Part shown: positions 1 through 12,652 of the stretch, in pieces
Position numbering within the stretch: position 1 is the stretch's first letter
How the letters are laid out: each line of letters opens with the position of its first letter
Origin: Aliivibrio fischeri ES114
Lineage (GTDB): Bacteria; Pseudomonadota; Gammaproteobacteria; Enterobacterales; Vibrionaceae
Assembly: GCF_000011805.1 (NCBI RefSeq)
Contig: NC_006840.2
DNA length: 32,000 bases
Reading direction: 5' to 3' (one strand)
Translations under genes and position numbers: made by a program
Notes under the pieces: model-generated
Told to the model about the DNA's origin: nothing
Databases searched by the model: none
The model's input: only the letters and a program-made list of their open reading frames with translations

Positions 1-594
1 TTCTTTACAAGCTTTCTCAAGCGGTAAAGAGATAAAATCAGGCACCATATTGGCTAATAAATGGGTATTTGGTTCAACCAAGGTCACCATTTTTCCTGCA
101 TTTGCCAAATCCATTGCGAGCTCTGTACCTATTAAACCACCACCAACAACAAGTACTTTTTTAGACTCCAGTACTTTTTGTTGAATACCAGCAAATTCTT
201 TTAGGCTATTTAACGTCAGGATATCTCCACATCCATCACCATGAAAAGGTGGAATAAATGTTTGAGAGCCTGTCGCTAAGACCAATTTTCCATAAGCATA
301 TTGCTCACCATTTGCAGTAATGGCTTGGATCTCAGTATCTATCGACTCAACCCAAGTGTGCCTATGTAGAATGACATTGTATTGCTCAGCAAAATCCCCT
401 CCAGATAATGTAACTACCTCTTCTGGGCTTTGTTGTTTTGAAAATACGTGACTCAAATCTGGCTTGTTATAATCGTCACCACTGTCATTCGTAAAGACAT
501 GAATTGGACAATCATTGTTAGTTCGACGAATGGTTTTAATTAATTGGTAAGAGGCAAAACCACTACCAATAATAACGATAGGTAAACTCATCAT
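1..594 (-). CDS. norW: NADH:flavorubredoxin reductase, partial (C-terminus lies outside the window)
   Basis: Reverse-strand translation starts [24 protein letters not shown] and contains an internal [20 protein letters not shown]-binding motif. It starts 11 bp after the norV stop codon. Confidence 0.88.
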   Translation of the reverse strand, partial: MMSLPIVIIGSGFASYQLIKTIRRTNNDCPIHVFTNDSGDDYNKPDLSHVFSKQQSPEEVVTLSGGDFAEQYNVILHRHTWVESIDTEIQAITANGEQYAYGKLVLATGSQTFIPPFHGDGCGDILTLNSLKEFAGIQQKVLESKKVLVVGGGLIGTELAMDLANAGKMVTLVEPNTHLLANMVPDFISLPLEKACKE

Positions 595-605
595 TTATCC
601 TCCAA

Positions 606-2096
606 CTACTTAATTTCCACAAATACGTCTTTACCTAAATGACATTCAGGGCATAAGAAATCATTAGGAACTGAAGACCACGGTGTATTTGGTTCTACAC
701 CTTGATTCGGTTCACCAATTTCAGGGTCATAGACCCAATTACAGACCGAGCAAAGCATGCACTGTTTTGCATCTTTTGATGACGTCACTTCTGTCGCTGG
801 TTTTTCTAGTTCGGCACTTGGTTCAACAAGAACAACCGGTTCTTCTATTGTCTGAATTTTTTTATCGACATTAATTGTATTAAATGTCGTTGTTAATGGT
901 GCTAACGCCCACTGTTTTGCAATAAATTGTCCATGCTCTCGGCATAATTTCATCGCTTGACCATCTGGTCGCCATTTAGCTTTTAAACCTACTGCGGTTT
1001 CAAAACCAGCATCGGTTAAACGTGAATGGATTCGATCAACAGCACCACCATTCCAACCGTAACTACCAAATGCTCCTGCTTTTTTTGCTCTAAATCGAAG
1101 ACCGGCGATCTCTTCTAACATACCCGCAATTTTAGGCATCATTACATTGTTCATGGTTGATGAACCAACAAGGATCCCTTTTGAGCGGAACACACTGGTT
1201 AAAATATCATTCTTATCTTGACGAGAAACATTGAATACTTTGACTGCAACAGCAGGGTCTACATCGTGAATACCTTGGGCAATAGCATCAGCCATCATTC
1301 GAGTGTTGTTTGACATAGAATCATAAAAAATCGTAATACGATCTTCTTGATAATTATCAGCCCACTCTAAATATTGATGAATAATTTGAGTAGGGTTATC
1401 TCGCCATACACAACCGTGAGAAGTTGCAATCATGTCGACAGGTAAATTGAAGCTTAATACTTCTTTAATTTTAGCGGTAACCAAAGCACTGAATGGCGTA
1501 AGAATATTCGCGTAATAACGTAAACATTGATCCATCAATTCTGTTTGATCTACTTCGTCATTAAATAAACGTTCATCGCAATAATGTTGACCAAATGCAT
1601 CGTTACTAAACAGAATTGCATCACCAGTTAAATAGGTCATCATGCTATCTGGCCAATGAAGCATAGGTGCTTCAACAAAGATCAATTGCTTTCCATTACC
1701 AATATCCAATGCATCACCTGTCTTAATTGGATTAAAATTCCACTCAGGGTGATGATGATGTCCGACAATGGAATCAATCGCATTTTCAGTGCAGTAAATT
1801 GGAGTACCAGGGATCTTCTCCATTAATGCAGCAAGCGCTCCTGAATGATCTTCTTCAGCATGATTAATGACAATGTAATCAATGCTCGCAAGATCAATTT
1901 CCATTTCTAAATTTTGAATAAATTGATGACTAAAACGATGATCGACCGTATCAATAAGCACGGTTTTTTCTTCTTGAATGAGATAGCTGTTATAACTTGT
2001 ACCCTTGGTCATTTTGAATTCAGTACCATGGAAATCAGATACTTCCCAATCGCGTTGTCCAACCCAGTTAACATTGTTTTTAATATGAATAGTCAT
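606..2096 (-). CDS. norV: Anaerobic nitric oxide reductase flavorubredoxin
   Basis: 496 aa. Diiron beta-lactamase-like motif (HAEEDHSG), flavodoxin-like domain ([21 protein letters not shown]), and C-terminal rubredoxin motif ([10 protein letters not shown]...CPEC). Confidence 0.95.
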   Translation of the reverse strand: MTIHIKNNVNWVGQRDWEVSDFHGTEFKMTKGTSYNSYLIQEEKTVLIDTVDHRFSHQFIQNLEMEIDLASIDYIVINHAEEDHSGALAALMEKIPGTPIYCTENAIDSIVGHHHHPEWNFNPIKTGDALDIGNGKQLIFVEAPMLHWPDSMMTYLTGDAILFSNDAFGQHYCDERLFNDEVDQTELMDQCLRYYANILTPFSALVTAKIKEVLSFNLPVDMIATSHGCVWRDNPTQIIHQYLEWADNYQEDRITIFYDSMSNNTRMMADAIAQGIHDVDPAVAVKVFNVSRQDKNDILTSVFRSKGILVGSSTMNNVMMPKIAGMLEEIAGLRFRAKKAGAFGSYGWNGGAVDRIHSRLTDAGFETAVGLKAKWRPDGQAMKLCREHGQFIAKQWALAPLTTTFNTINVDKKIQTIEEPVVLVEPSAELEKPATEVTSSKDAKQCMLCSVCNWVYDPEIGEPNQGVEPNTPWSSVPNDFLCPECHLGKDVFVEIK

Positions 2097-2135
2097 TGTT
2101 TTTTCTCATTTAATTATTAGCGTTGCTATACATAC

Positions 2136-2151
2136 TGCATCACGCATGCCA
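2136..2151 (-). promoter_or_regulatory. Probable sigma54 -24/-12 promoter of norVW
   Basis: Reverse strand reads TGGCAT-GCGTG-ATGCA. This is close to TGGCAC-N5-TTGCA with correct GG/GC spacing, upstream of norV. Confidence 0.75.
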
Positions 2152-2204
2152 ACTTTTATCTCATTGTTTTATAAGAAAATAAAAATAAATTCACCCACAA
2201 AAGT

Positions 2205-2260
2205 GTCATTATGACAATCATTTACTTTTGTCAAAACGACACTATAATTGTCAAATTAAC
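2205..2260. promoter_or_regulatory. Three putative NorR enhancer sites in the norV-norR intergenic region
   Basis: GTCATTATGAC (2205-2215), GTCAAAACGAC (2230-2240) and GTCAAATTAAC (2250-2260) all fit GT-N7-AC and lie between divergent norV and norR. Confidence 0.8.
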
Positions 2261-2283
2261 ACTGTTTATATCACGAGGTTTCA

Positions 2284-3822
2284 ATGAAAAATATTAAAGA
2301 TGAATGGGTTCAAATTGCATTGGATCTCACCTCTGGATTATCAAGCAAAGATCGTTTTGAACGTTTGTTATCAACGATCAGAAATGCCTTAAAATGCGAT
2401 GCTTCCGCTCTTCTATTATTTAAAAATCAGTATTTTTCTCCTCTTGCTACCAATGGCTTAGACGGCGATGTCATTGGTCGTCGTTTTGCTATTTCTCAAC
2501 ATCCTCGTTTAGAGGCGATTGCCCGAGCTGGAGACATTGTTCGATTTCCTTCAGATAGTGATTTACCAGATCCTTATGATGGTCTGATTGCTAACGAAGA
2601 GCGTCAGTTGCAGGTCCACTCATGTATTGGGTTACCTCTGCTGGTTAATGAACGATTAATTGGAGCAGTCACAATAGATGCATTTGACCCTACTCAATTT
2701 GATTCATTTACAAACAAAGAGTTAAGAATAATCAGTGCATTAGCAGCAACTAGCTTGCATACCGCTTTATTGATGGAAAGATTAGAAAATCAATCGGGAG
2801 AAAACTCAAATAACTCATCATTTGAGCGATCACCTGATAATCACGTTGAAATGATTGGTGAATCCCTTGCAATGCAAGAGTTGCAAGCCAATATTAACGC
2901 AGTTGCTAATACAGAATTATCCGTATTAATTACGGGCGAAACCGGTGTGGGTAAAGAACTGGTTGCGAGTGCTTTACATCAAAGATCAACACGAGCACAA
3001 CAAAACTTAGTGTATTTAAACTGCGCGGCATTACCTGAATCCGTTGCAGAAAGTGAACTATTTGGACACGTTAAAGGCGCTTTTACTGGGGCGATCAGTA
3101 ACAGAAAAGGGAAATTTGAATCTGCTGACAATGGTACGCTATTTCTAGATGAGATAGGCGAGCTATCATTGGCTCTACAGGCTAAATTACTGCGTGTTTT
3201 ACAATATGGTGATATTCAACGTATTGGTGATGACAACCATATTAAGGTAAATACACGAATTATCGCAGCAACCAACAAAACACTGAGTGATGAGGTAAAA
3301 AATGGTGATTTTCGTGCTGACTTATATCATCGATTGAGTGTCTTCCCTATTTTTGTTCCACCGCTTAGAGACAGAGGTAATGACGTCACTTTACTCGTTG
3401 GTTACTTTGCAGAAAAGAGTCGTATTAAACTAGCGGCGACGAGTATACGAATCACACCTGAAGCCATCACTTTACTTAATGACTATTCATGGCCTGGGAA
3501 TATTCGAGAATTAGAGCATGTAATAAGCCGAGCTGCCGTTTTATCAAGAGCTCAAAGTGACGATTCTGATTTAGTATTATCTCCCACACATTTCTTAATA
3601 AAAAAAGAAAATCATGCAGAAAAAAACATAGCGAATCAAATTGTTACACCACATTCAAAAAACACCAAAGATCTACGCTCTGCTACGGATGAATTTCAAG
3701 CTAATTTAATTAAAAAAACATATCAAGAACAGCAACAAAATTGGGCTGCAACCGCCAGAGCATTGCAACTTGATACAGGAAATTTACATCGTTTAGCAAA
3801 ACGGTTAAATCTAAAAGAGTAA
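2284..3822 (+). CDS. norR: Nitric oxide-responsive sigma54-dependent transcriptional regulator
   Basis: 512 aa. N-terminal GAF domain, AAA+ motifs GETGVGKE and GAFTGA, and C-terminal HTH. Divergent from norVW. Confidence 0.93.
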   Translation: MKNIKDEWVQIALDLTSGLSSKDRFERLLSTIRNALKCDASALLLFKNQYFSPLATNGLDGDVIGRRFAISQHPRLEAIARAGDIVRFPSDSDLPDPYDGLIANEERQLQVHSCIGLPLLVNERLIGAVTIDAFDPTQFDSFTNKELRIISALAATSLHTALLMERLENQSGENSNNSSFERSPDNHVEMIGESLAMQELQANINAVANTELSVLITGETGVGKELVASALHQRSTRAQQNLVYLNCAALPESVAESELFGHVKGAFTGAISNRKGKFESADNGTLFLDEIGELSLALQAKLLRVLQYGDIQRIGDDNHIKVNTRIIAATNKTLSDEVKNGDFRADLYHRLSVFPIFVPPLRDRGNDVTLLVGYFAEKSRIKLAATSIRITPEAITLLNDYSWPGNIRELEHVISRAAVLSRAQSDDSDLVLSPTHFLIKKENHAEKNIANQIVTPHSKNTKDLRSATDEFQANLIKKTYQEQQQNWAATARALQLDTGNLHRLAKRLNLKE

Positions 3823-3938
3823 AAGCAATAAATAAACATATTTTTACCGATATAATTATGTGATTTTGCTCTCGGATCTGTCCCACGCATATTCTTTCTG
3901 TTAGAATCTGCCTCAAGTTTTATTAGTGGTGTTAAAGA

Positions 3939-5063
3939 ATGTCAGACAACAGCCAAAAGAAAGTCATCGTCGGTATGTCCGGTGGTGTGGATTCTTCAGT
4001 ATCAGCCTACCTACTTCAGCAACAAGGATACCAAGTTGAAGGTCTTTTCATGAAAAACTGGGAAGAAGATGACAACGAGGAATATTGTACTGCAGCCGAA
4101 GATTTAGCAGATGCGCAAGCGGTGTGTGACAAATTAGGTATTCACCTTCACACCATTAACTTTGCTGCTGAATATTGGGATAACGTATTTGAATATTTCC
4201 TAGAGGAATACAAAGCGGGTCGTACACCAAACCCAGATATCTTATGTAATAAAGAAATTAAATTTAAAGCCTTCTTAGAATTTGCTGATGAAGTGCTTGA
4301 TGCTGACTTTATTGCTATGGGTCACTACGTTCGTCGTACCTTCCCAACTGCTGAAGAAATCGCTAATGGTATTAAACCACAAATGTTACGTGGTTTAGAT
4401 TCAAATAAAGATCAAAGTTACTTCCTATACACATTAAGCTCAGAGCAAGTTGCTCGTAGTTTATTCCCTGTTGGTGAACTTGAGAAACCAGAAGTACGCC
4501 GCATTGCTGAAGAGCAAGGTTTGATCACAGCGAAGAAAAAAGATTCAACAGGTATCTGCTTTATCGGTGAGCGTAAATTCACTGAATTCTTAGGCAAATA
4601 CTTACCAGCACAACCAGGTAATATCGAAACACCTGAAGGTAAAGTGATTGGTCAACACCAAGGTTTGATGTATCACACTTTAGGTCAACGTAAAGGTCTA
4701 CACATCGGCGGCACCAAAGGCGGTGGCGGTAATGAAGATCCATGGTTCGTTGGTGAAAAAGATCTAAAACGAAACGTATTAATTGCAGTTCAAGGCAAAG
4801 ATCACCCATTATTGAAATCTCAAGGTCTATTGGCTTCTCAACTTCATTGGGTTGATCGCACACCAATTAAAGCACCATTGAGCTGTACGGTTAAAACACG
4901 TTACCGTCAAACTGATATCCCTTGTACTATCATCCCTGTTGATGATGAAAACATTAAAGTGATTTTTGACGAGCCGCAAATTGCAGTGACTCCGGGTCAA
5001 TCTGCAGTATTCTACCTAGACGAAGTATGTCTAGGCGGCGGTATTATCGAAGAGCGTATTTAA
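3939..5063 (+). CDS. mnmA: tRNA-specific 2-thiouridylase MnmA
   Basis: 374 aa. PP-loop [29 protein letters not shown] and [10 protein letters not shown] motifs. Confidence 0.97.
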   Translation: MSDNSQKKVIVGMSGGVDSSVSAYLLQQQGYQVEGLFMKNWEEDDNEEYCTAAEDLADAQAVCDKLGIHLHTINFAAEYWDNVFEYFLEEYKAGRTPNPDILCNKEIKFKAFLEFADEVLDADFIAMGHYVRRTFPTAEEIANGIKPQMLRGLDSNKDQSYFLYTLSSEQVARSLFPVGELEKPEVRRIAEEQGLITAKKKDSTGICFIGERKFTEFLGKYLPAQPGNIETPEGKVIGQHQGLMYHTLGQRKGLHIGGTKGGGGNEDPWFVGEKDLKRNVLIAVQGKDHPLLKSQGLLASQLHWVDRTPIKAPLSCTVKTRYRQTDIPCTIIPVDDENIKVIFDEPQIAVTPGQSAVFYLDEVCLGGGIIEERI

Positions 5064-5074
5064 GGAGTTAACGC

Positions 5075-5692
5075 GTGGCGAACACTTTATTTGACAGAAC
5101 CATTGCATTTGCTGGCATTTGCCAAGCTGCAAGCTTAGTTCAAAAAATGGCAAAAGATGGTCACTGTGATCAAGAGGCGTTTGACACAGCAATTCAATCA
5201 ATTCTAGAAACGAACCCAAGCAATACGGTTGCAGTTTATGGAAAAGAATCAAATTTACGAATTGGCCTAGAGTGCTTAGTTCGTGATTTTGATAATACGC
5301 CTTCAGGTAGTGAATTAACTCGTTACCTTATTAGCCTTATGGCTCTAGAGCGCAAACTGGCAGGTCATCGTGATGGCATGAGTAAATTAGGTGAACGTAT
5401 CGGTACTATCGAACGCCAACTTGAGCACTTTGACATTCACGATGAACAAATGTTGAGTAACATTGCGAGCATTTACTTAGACGTGATCAGCCCAATGGGT
5501 CCACGAATTCAAGTAACAGGTACTCCATCAGTTCTTCAACAACCGATGACTCAACATAAAGTACGAGCTCTATTGTTATCAGGTATTCGTTCAGCCGTAT
5601 TATGGCGTCAGGTGGGAGGCAAACGCCGTCACTTGATCTTTGGCCGAAAGAAAATGGTTGAGCAAGCAAAAATTATTCTCGCTCAAATTTAA
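5075..5692 (+). CDS. hflD: High frequency lysogenization protein HflD homolog
   Basis: 205 aa immediately downstream of mnmA. HflD-like sequence and conserved mnmA-hflD-purB order. Confidence 0.92.
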   Translation: MANTLFDRTIAFAGICQAASLVQKMAKDGHCDQEAFDTAIQSILETNPSNTVAVYGKESNLRIGLECLVRDFDNTPSGSELTRYLISLMALERKLAGHRDGMSKLGERIGTIERQLEHFDIHDEQMLSNIASIYLDVISPMGPRIQVTGTPSVLQQPMTQHKVRALLLSGIRSAVLWRQVGGKRRHLIFGRKKMVEQAKIILAQI

Positions 5693-5698
5693 AAAATT

Positions 5699-5728
5699 AA
5701 AGCCTACTTGATTTCAGGTAGGCTTTTT
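5699..5728 (+). terminator. Rho-independent terminator after hflD
   Basis: AAAGCCTACtTGA-tt-TCAgGTAGGCTTTTT hairpin with T-tract. Confidence 0.75.
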
Positions 5729-5752
5729 CCTTTAACATTTATACATATCTAG

Positions 5753-7132
<1,380 letters not shown>

Positions 7133-7151
7133 TCGCTACAGTAAACCATTT

Positions 7152-7180
7152 AAAAGGCTGGCATTTTGTCGGCCTTTTTT
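7152..7180 (+). terminator. Rho-independent terminator after purB
   Basis: AAAAGGCTG-gcattttgt-CGGCCTTTTTT (one G-U pair), followed by T-tract. Confidence 0.6.
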
Positions 7181-7199
7181 ATTACCTCTCATATAAAAC

Positions 7200-8054
7200 C
7201 TAAAGGCTACTAAACTTCTTCCTGTATTGATTTGGCGTCAGTTGCTTATAATCCTTAAACAAGCGATTAAAATTCGTTTGATTTCTATACCCTACTTGCT
7301 CTGCTACAATTCCAATTGGTAAACGACTGTGAGTAAGTAAATTAGCGGCGTGATTGAGTCTCAGTTTTTTCAAATATTGGCTAAAACTTTCACCAAAATG
7401 AGACTGAAATAATCGATGAATAGTACTTTCACTGGTGCAAAGATGCTCAGCTACATTCAATAATGTAATTGAGTTTTGGTAATTATCATCAATATACTGG
7501 CAAACAAGGTCAATCTTCTCTTTTCCTTCTTTATCCGAGGCCTCTTGCTTTGAAAATAGTTGAAGCGGTCTAGTCTCTTTATCAGAACATAAACAACCTA
7601 GAATCTGAATTAAATAGCCAAGATCATCAAGAATAGAATCTTTAAATAGCTTTTCAATCAATTGATAAACCTTTTCAGCTGTCGAAGTTGAAAAGCACAA
7701 TCCATTACTAGAACGTTTAAATAGTTCCCCCATTCTTCTTAGCTCTGTACAACTGAATATCATATTCTCAACCCACTCCTTTGGTAGCCAAATAATATGA
7801 GATTCACATTGCAGTTCCTTTTCTTCTAACAACTCAATAGCGTGTGGCATCTTAGGGGGAATCAGCCATAATGTATTTTTCTCAATGACTCTCTCAAAAT
7901 GCCCCACCATTCCCTTGGCATTATTTTTCCGAAATAGCACCAATTCATACTCATTATGAAAGTGCCAGTGACAATTTTTTTCAACACCATCAATTTTTTT
8001 ATATCGCCAAGAAGAACCAATACGAATTGGAACTCGTTCTAAATTCGCTTTCAT
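7200..8054 (-). CDS. AraC-family transcriptional regulator with N-terminal cupin-like domain
   Basis: 284 aa. C-terminal double HTH ending GYRNQTNFNRLFKDYKQLTPNQYRK; N-terminal HWHFHNEYELVLF. Confidence 0.9.
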   Translation of the reverse strand: MKANLERVPIRIGSSWRYKKIDGVEKNCHWHFHNEYELVLFRKNNAKGMVGHFERVIEKNTLWLIPPKMPHAIELLEEKELQCESHIIWLPKEWVENMIFSCTELRRMGELFKRSSNGLCFSTSTAEKVYQLIEKLFKDSILDDLGYLIQILGCLCSDKETRPLQLFSKQEASDKEGKEKIDLVCQYIDDNYQNSITLLNVAEHLCTSESTIHRLFQSHFGESFSQYLKKLRLNHAANLLTHSRLPIGIVAEQVGYRNQTNFNRLFKDYKQLTPNQYRKKFSSL

Positions 8055-8220
8055 TTATTGGTACCCATTCACTAAATAATGCTAAAACATGCCTTAATAG
8101 TACTGTTTATTTCATAAAAAAGTAGGGCTTGATGGAATAGTATTAAAAGTAGATTAGTTAATGCTCTTTTTCTTACTTTCTCTTTTTACTATAGAGAAAC
8201 ACCAAAAAAGGAGAATAATT

Positions 8221-8415
8221 ATGAATCGAATAAAAACAATGCTTAAACAAGCCATTAATAACAATAGAAAAGAATGGCTTGCACTCATTACTTATGGATA
8301 CAACATTGAGTCTAAATCAGCGTGGCAATACCTTGGCTACCAATCAAAAAATGCATATTTTTATGACCTTAAAGAAAACCTACATCAATTGCCAACAGCA
8401 CTTAACAATCACTAA
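8221..8415 (+). CDS. Small hypothetical protein (64 aa)
   Basis: Internal ATG of ORF 8161..8415, preceded by the good ribosome-binding site AAGGAG. Translation MNRIKTMLKQAINNNRKEWLALITYGYNIESKSAWQYLGYQ..., followed by a hairpin. Confidence 0.6.
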   Translation: MNRIKTMLKQAINNNRKEWLALITYGYNIESKSAWQYLGYQSKNAYFYDLKENLHQLPTALNNH

Positions 8416-8422
8416 TACAAAA

Positions 8423-8454
8423 AATGCCAACGTAATCTACACTACGTTGGCATT
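8423..8454. terminator. Hairpin, probable terminator between convergent genes
   Basis: AATGCCAACGTA / TACGTTGGCATT perfect 12-bp stem with 8-nt loop. A-rich stretch on the left side and poor T-tract on the right. Confidence 0.5.
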
Positions 8455-8480
8455 CATATATTAAAAAATAAGGGAGTAAC

Positions 8481-8909
8481 TTACATTACGCACTCTTGCA
8501 TCTCTTTGGCACTCTCTACGCCTTTTTCAATTAGACTTTGTGCATCTTCATTCGTAATTTTAGACATCACTTTGTTTAGCAGCTTCTCCGCATTTGATTC
8601 TGATGATGCTTCAACCAAACAGCTATATGCATTTGCAATGTGCTCTTGTATCTCAGTCAACGCCTTTGGATTCGTATAATCTGCATTTAATGCTTCATTA
8701 ATCGACTCAGCAAACTCAGATGCAGAACCCACAGCGCCATCAAATTGATCTAAATTCAGTTCTTTAAAATCCATACTTTCTAATTTTGATTGCATGCTAT
8801 CCACGGCTTGGTTTGCTGCATTTTGTGCCTTATCAATGGTTTCACTTGCATCATCACAACCCATTAAAGCAATCGAACACAACAAAGGTAATAGTATTTT
8901 TTTATTCAT
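8481..8909 (-). CDS. Putative small lipoprotein of unknown function
   Basis: 142 aa. Signal peptide with lipobox-like MNKKILLPLLCSIALMGCDDAS, then a helical Ala/Glu-rich region. Confidence 0.7.
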   Translation of the reverse strand: MNKKILLPLLCSIALMGCDDASETIDKAQNAANQAVDSMQSKLESMDFKELNLDQFDGAVGSASEFAESINEALNADYTNPKALTEIQEHIANAYSCLVEASSESNAEKLLNKVMSKITNEDAQSLIEKGVESAKEMQECVM

Positions 8910-9086
8910 TTTCTTTCACCATTAAAACGTAATATAGATTCAACTAACCCTCTAAGAATAACAGAAAAGCAATAAATAGAGAGGGTTAGCGTGTGTCTAA
9001 ATATGAATTATCAGTATAAACCTGCAATTGTGAACTTAACGTGAATAACAATAAGAACAAAACTTATAAAACATCCTTTGTTTTAT

Positions 9087-9113
9087 TAAGGATTATTTAT
9101 TTTCCGCCGATAA
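9087..9113 (+). promoter_or_regulatory. Putative sigma28 (FliA) flagellar-type promoter for the MCP gene
   Basis: TAAG-N15-GCCGATAA. The -10 element exactly matches GCCGATAA and lies 36 bp upstream of the MCP start codon. Confidence 0.7.
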
Positions 9114-9149
9114 GTAAGTCTATAAATAATTATTTGGCATGGAAGGATT

Positions 9150-11243
9150 ATGTTCAAATCAATAAAAACACGCATAGCAGTTAGCGCAGGTCTTGCAATA
9201 TTCATCACTCTAAGTACAGCAATGTTTTTTACAACGGTGTCGTATAATGGGGTAAATAAAGAGATCACTCAGCAAGTATCAAATCAACTTGCTGCAAATA
9301 TTGACTATAAATTGTTGTCTATCGCAGACCAACAACGTGCCGAATTAAACGGTCAATTTGCACCTGTAATCAGTAACCTAAAACAGTTACAGTCACTACT
9401 AGAACTATCAAACCAACACCAAGCAAATGCGAGTCTTTTAGTTGAGCAATTCACTTCATCTCTAAAAATTCAAAATGAGAGCGTATTTGCTGGCTACATG
9501 GTATGGGAAGAAGAAAACTTCATTAAAGACGATTCTGAACTCACACAAAAAGCGCTCAATAAACAAGGCATATTATCCCCATTTTTCTCTCCTACAGGTT
9601 CAAGCTTTGAAGCTTTAGGTATGGATAGCTTTAACAATACGTCTTTAAATAATAATGGTGAACGTATTGATGAATGGCATCTAGCTCCTTTTGAATCTGG
9701 TAAAAGCTTTGTAATGGAACCATATTATTACAATGTAAGGGGCAACCAAGAGCTTATTACAACCATCAGCTTACCATTACTTTACAACAATAAAATTGTA
9801 GGTTCATTAGGATACGATTGGTCGATCAAAAGCTTCCAAGAAATCAGTAAAAAAGCAGCTCAATCTATTGGCATCCCTGGCGCTGTTGTATCTATTGCAT
9901 CATGGAACGGTACACTGCTTTCCTTCAGTCAAAATGAAGAATTTGTCGGAAAAAAAGTTAAAGACGATTTCGCCAAAAACTGGGGACAAATCCAACAAGA
10001 AGCTCAGAATAAAACGGCTTTCTTAAAAGACATTGGCCAATTTAAAACCGCGATTGCAACGATTGAAACAGGCTCTAAACCGTGGATCGTTATGGTTTCC
10101 ATACCATCAAATGTATTACAAAAAGAGATCACCGATTTCAATACACTCAGCAATGAGTTAAGTAATAATGCCCTTTCAAACGGTCTGCTGAGCGGTGTAA
10201 TTTCATCGATTATTGGTATTGTTATCATCTTTATTCTAGCAAGACAGATCGGTAATACACTTATGAATTTAACCTCTCGCTTTGAGAATATTGCTCAAGG
10301 TGATGGTGATTTAACTCAACGTATTGATATTGATTCAAAAGATGAAATTGGTCAATTAGCATTCTGGTTTAATACGTTTATCGAGAAAGTTCAAAATACA
10401 TTACATAACGCTAAAGACACGGCTGAATTAGTATCTCAATCTTCAATGAACACCATGGCAGAGACTGAGAAATCACAAGTTAAACTTCAAAACCAAGTAA
10501 ATGAAGTAACTCAGTTGGCAACAGCGATTAATGAAATGAGTGCAACGGCAATGGAAGTGGCTTCATCAGCCCTACAAGCAGCAACAGCAGCAAGCCAGAT
10601 TCAAACAAGCAGCGAAGATGGTCAGAAGATCATGGATAGAGCTGCGGCTTCTGTTGAAGAACTCGCACAATTTATTAATGAAGCTCAAGAACAAGTGGTT
10701 AACCTATCAGCATCAAGCAATGATATTCAAAATATCTTGGCTGAAATTGGAGGTATTGCAGAGCAAACCAACCTACTTGCACTTAATGCCGCTATTGAAG
10801 CCGCTCGTGCAGGTGAATATGGTCGTGGTTTTGCTGTTGTTGCGGATGAAGTGAGAAATCTTGCTAGTCGTACGCAAACTTCAACTCAAGAGATCAATAA
10901 CATGCTTGGGGTTCTACAACAAAATACTCAAAGCATTGTTACTGTAATGGATAACAGCCAAAAACAAGCATTATCAACAAAAGAAGAAACATTAATTGCA
11001 CAAGAAAATCTCAAAGAGATCAGCAGTGCAATTCTGGTTGCTAATGATATGAACAATCAAATTGCTTCCGCAGCTGAAGAGCAAAGCTCAGTATCAGAAG
11101 AAATTAATCGTAATGTTACAAGCATTAATGAAGCAGCTAACGAAGTGCTGTGTGATATGCAAACATCACTAAAAGATACAGAAGAGCTAACCAAAGAAAG
11201 TCATTCATTAACTGAAAAATTGAATGAGTTCAAAACCCAGTAA
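9150..11243 (+). CDS. Methyl-accepting chemotaxis protein, probable dCache-type sensor domain
   Basis: 697 aa. N-terminal TM, periplasmic domain, second TM, HAMP, and signalling tip [40 protein letters not shown]. Confidence 0.95.
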   Translation: MFKSIKTRIAVSAGLAIFITLSTAMFFTTVSYNGVNKEITQQVSNQLAANIDYKLLSIADQQRAELNGQFAPVISNLKQLQSLLELSNQHQANASLLVEQFTSSLKIQNESVFAGYMVWEEENFIKDDSELTQKALNKQGILSPFFSPTGSSFEALGMDSFNNTSLNNNGERIDEWHLAPFESGKSFVMEPYYYNVRGNQELITTISLPLLYNNKIVGSLGYDWSIKSFQEISKKAAQSIGIPGAVVSIASWNGTLLSFSQNEEFVGKKVKDDFAKNWGQIQQEAQNKTAFLKDIGQFKTAIATIETGSKPWIVMVSIPSNVLQKEITDFNTLSNELSNNALSNGLLSGVISSIIGIVIIFILARQIGNTLMNLTSRFENIAQGDGDLTQRIDIDSKDEIGQLAFWFNTFIEKVQNTLHNAKDTAELVSQSSMNTMAETEKSQVKLQNQVNEVTQLATAINEMSATAMEVASSALQAATAASQIQTSSEDGQKIMDRAAASVEELAQFINEAQEQVVNLSASSNDIQNILAEIGGIAEQTNLLALNAAIEAARAGEYGRGFAVVADEVRNLASRTQTSTQEINNMLGVLQQNTQSIVTVMDNSQKQALSTKEETLIAQENLKEISSAILVANDMNNQIASAAEEQSSVSEEINRNVTSINEAANEVLCDMQTSLKDTEELTKESHSLTEKLNEFKTQ

Positions 11244-11269
11244 CATTTAAGCAATTATCCACTCTAATT

Positions 11270-11301
11270 AAACACCAATACTAAGAAAGGTATTGGTGTT
11301 T
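11270..11301. terminator. Rho-independent terminator after MCP gene
   Basis: AAACACCAATAC-taagaaag-GTATTGGTGTTT perfect 12-bp stem. Confidence 0.65.
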
Positions 11302-11368
11302 ATTCCTCTGCTGTCATTTCTTTTTTTCATGCTACAATCCTCTTCTATTCATATATCTGAGATTTCAC

Positions 11369-12565
11369 ATGCCATTTTCTAAACTTGGGTTAAGTGACCC
11401 AATTTTAAAAGCTATCGACGAGTTGGGTTATAAAGCACCAACACCAATCCAACAAAAAGCGATCCCTGTTGCACTTACAGGTAAAAACCTAATTGCTGCT
11501 GCGCAAACAGGTACAGGTAAAACAGCAAGTTTTGTATTACCTATCTTAGAAATTCTCAGTGAAGACCCAACAAAAGTTAGAGCAAAACGTATTCGCGCTT
11601 TGATCTTAACGCCAACTCGTGAACTTGCGATTCAAGTTGAAGAAAATATTCAACAATACAGCAAGCATATCGATATCACTTCTCTGGCTATGTACGGTGG
11701 TGTTGACTATAAAGAGCAAAAGCAACGCTTAATTGAAGGGGTTGACGTATTAGTTGCAACGCCTGGCCGTTTGCTTGATATGTACACTCAAAGAGCGATT
11801 CACTTTGATGAATTAGATATTCTGGTTCTTGATGAAGCTGACCGTATGCTAGATATGGGCTTTATCGAAGACATTAATAAAATTATCGAACGTTTACCGT
11901 TAGATCGTCAAAACATGCTGTTTTCAGCAACGTTATCAGATCAAGTTCGTTATTTAGCAAAAACAGCCATCAATAACCCAATTGAGATTTCAATTTCTCC
12001 AAAAACAACATCTTCACCACAAATTGATCAGTGGTTAACGACTGTTGATAAAGATAAGAAATCAGCGCTACTTAGTCATTTAATAAAAGAGAACAATTGG
12101 AATCAAGCACTGATCTTTATTGAAACAAAACACGGTGCTGCGAAACTAGTTAGTCAATTAGAAAAACGTGATATCAGAGCCGAAGCGTTCCACAGTGGCC
12201 GTAGCCAAGAAGCTCGTGCAAAAGTATTAAACGACTTTAAAGAAGGCAAACTACAATATTTGGTTGCAACAGGGATTGCAGCTCGTGGTATTGATATTGA
12301 TGAATTAACACGAGTTGTTAACTATGACTTACCTTTTCCTGCTGACGATTATGTTCACCGTATTGGTCGTACAGGTCGTGCGGGAGCAAAAGGTGAGGCG
12401 ATTTCATTTGTATCTAAAGACGATTTTAAAAACTTATGTATGATTGAAAGTCGTTTAGGTCATCTCATTGTACGTAAAGAAATTGAAGGATTTGCACCAC
12501 GTAAAGAAGTGCCAATTTCAATTCTAAACTACAAACCAAAAAGAAAACCGACACCGAAAAACTGA
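11369..12565 (+). CDS. DEAD-box ATP-dependent RNA helicase (RhlE-like)
   Basis: 398 aa. AQTGTGKTA, PTRELAIQV, VLDEADRMLD, SAT and HRIGRTGRAG motifs. Confidence 0.93.
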   Translation: MPFSKLGLSDPILKAIDELGYKAPTPIQQKAIPVALTGKNLIAAAQTGTGKTASFVLPILEILSEDPTKVRAKRIRALILTPTRELAIQVEENIQQYSKHIDITSLAMYGGVDYKEQKQRLIEGVDVLVATPGRLLDMYTQRAIHFDELDILVLDEADRMLDMGFIEDINKIIERLPLDRQNMLFSATLSDQVRYLAKTAINNPIEISISPKTTSSPQIDQWLTTVDKDKKSALLSHLIKENNWNQALIFIETKHGAAKLVSQLEKRDIRAEAFHSGRSQEARAKVLNDFKEGKLQYLVATGIAARGIDIDELTRVVNYDLPFPADDYVHRIGRTGRAGAKGEAISFVSKDDFKNLCMIESRLGHLIVRKEIEGFAPRKEVPISILNYKPKRKPTPKN

Positions 12566-12605
12566 GTTATTTAATCAGTAATCATGATACATCTAATTAA
12601 AATAC

Positions 12606-12637
12606 AAAAAGCTCATACAAATAGTATGAGCTTTTTT
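12606..12637. terminator. Rho-independent terminator between convergent genes
   Basis: AAAAAGCTCATAC-aaata-GTATGAGCTTTTTT, with A/T tracts on both sides. Confidence 0.8.
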
Positions 12638-12652
12638 ATTGGTTTTTATCCA

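Noticed and set aside
4579-4866. Antisense 95-aa ORF in mnmA
   Set aside because: Opposite-strand shadow of conserved coding sequence, no separate promoter or ribosome-binding site evident.
8161-8220. N-terminal extension of the small ORF starting at 8161
   Set aside because: The internal ATG at 8221 has a well-placed AAGGAG. The upstream part has no such signal and is probably untranslated leader.
10540-10854. 104-aa ORF inside the MCP gene
   Set aside because: Alternate frame of the MCP signalling domain. Its repetitive Q/L-rich composition is an artefact of the real frame.
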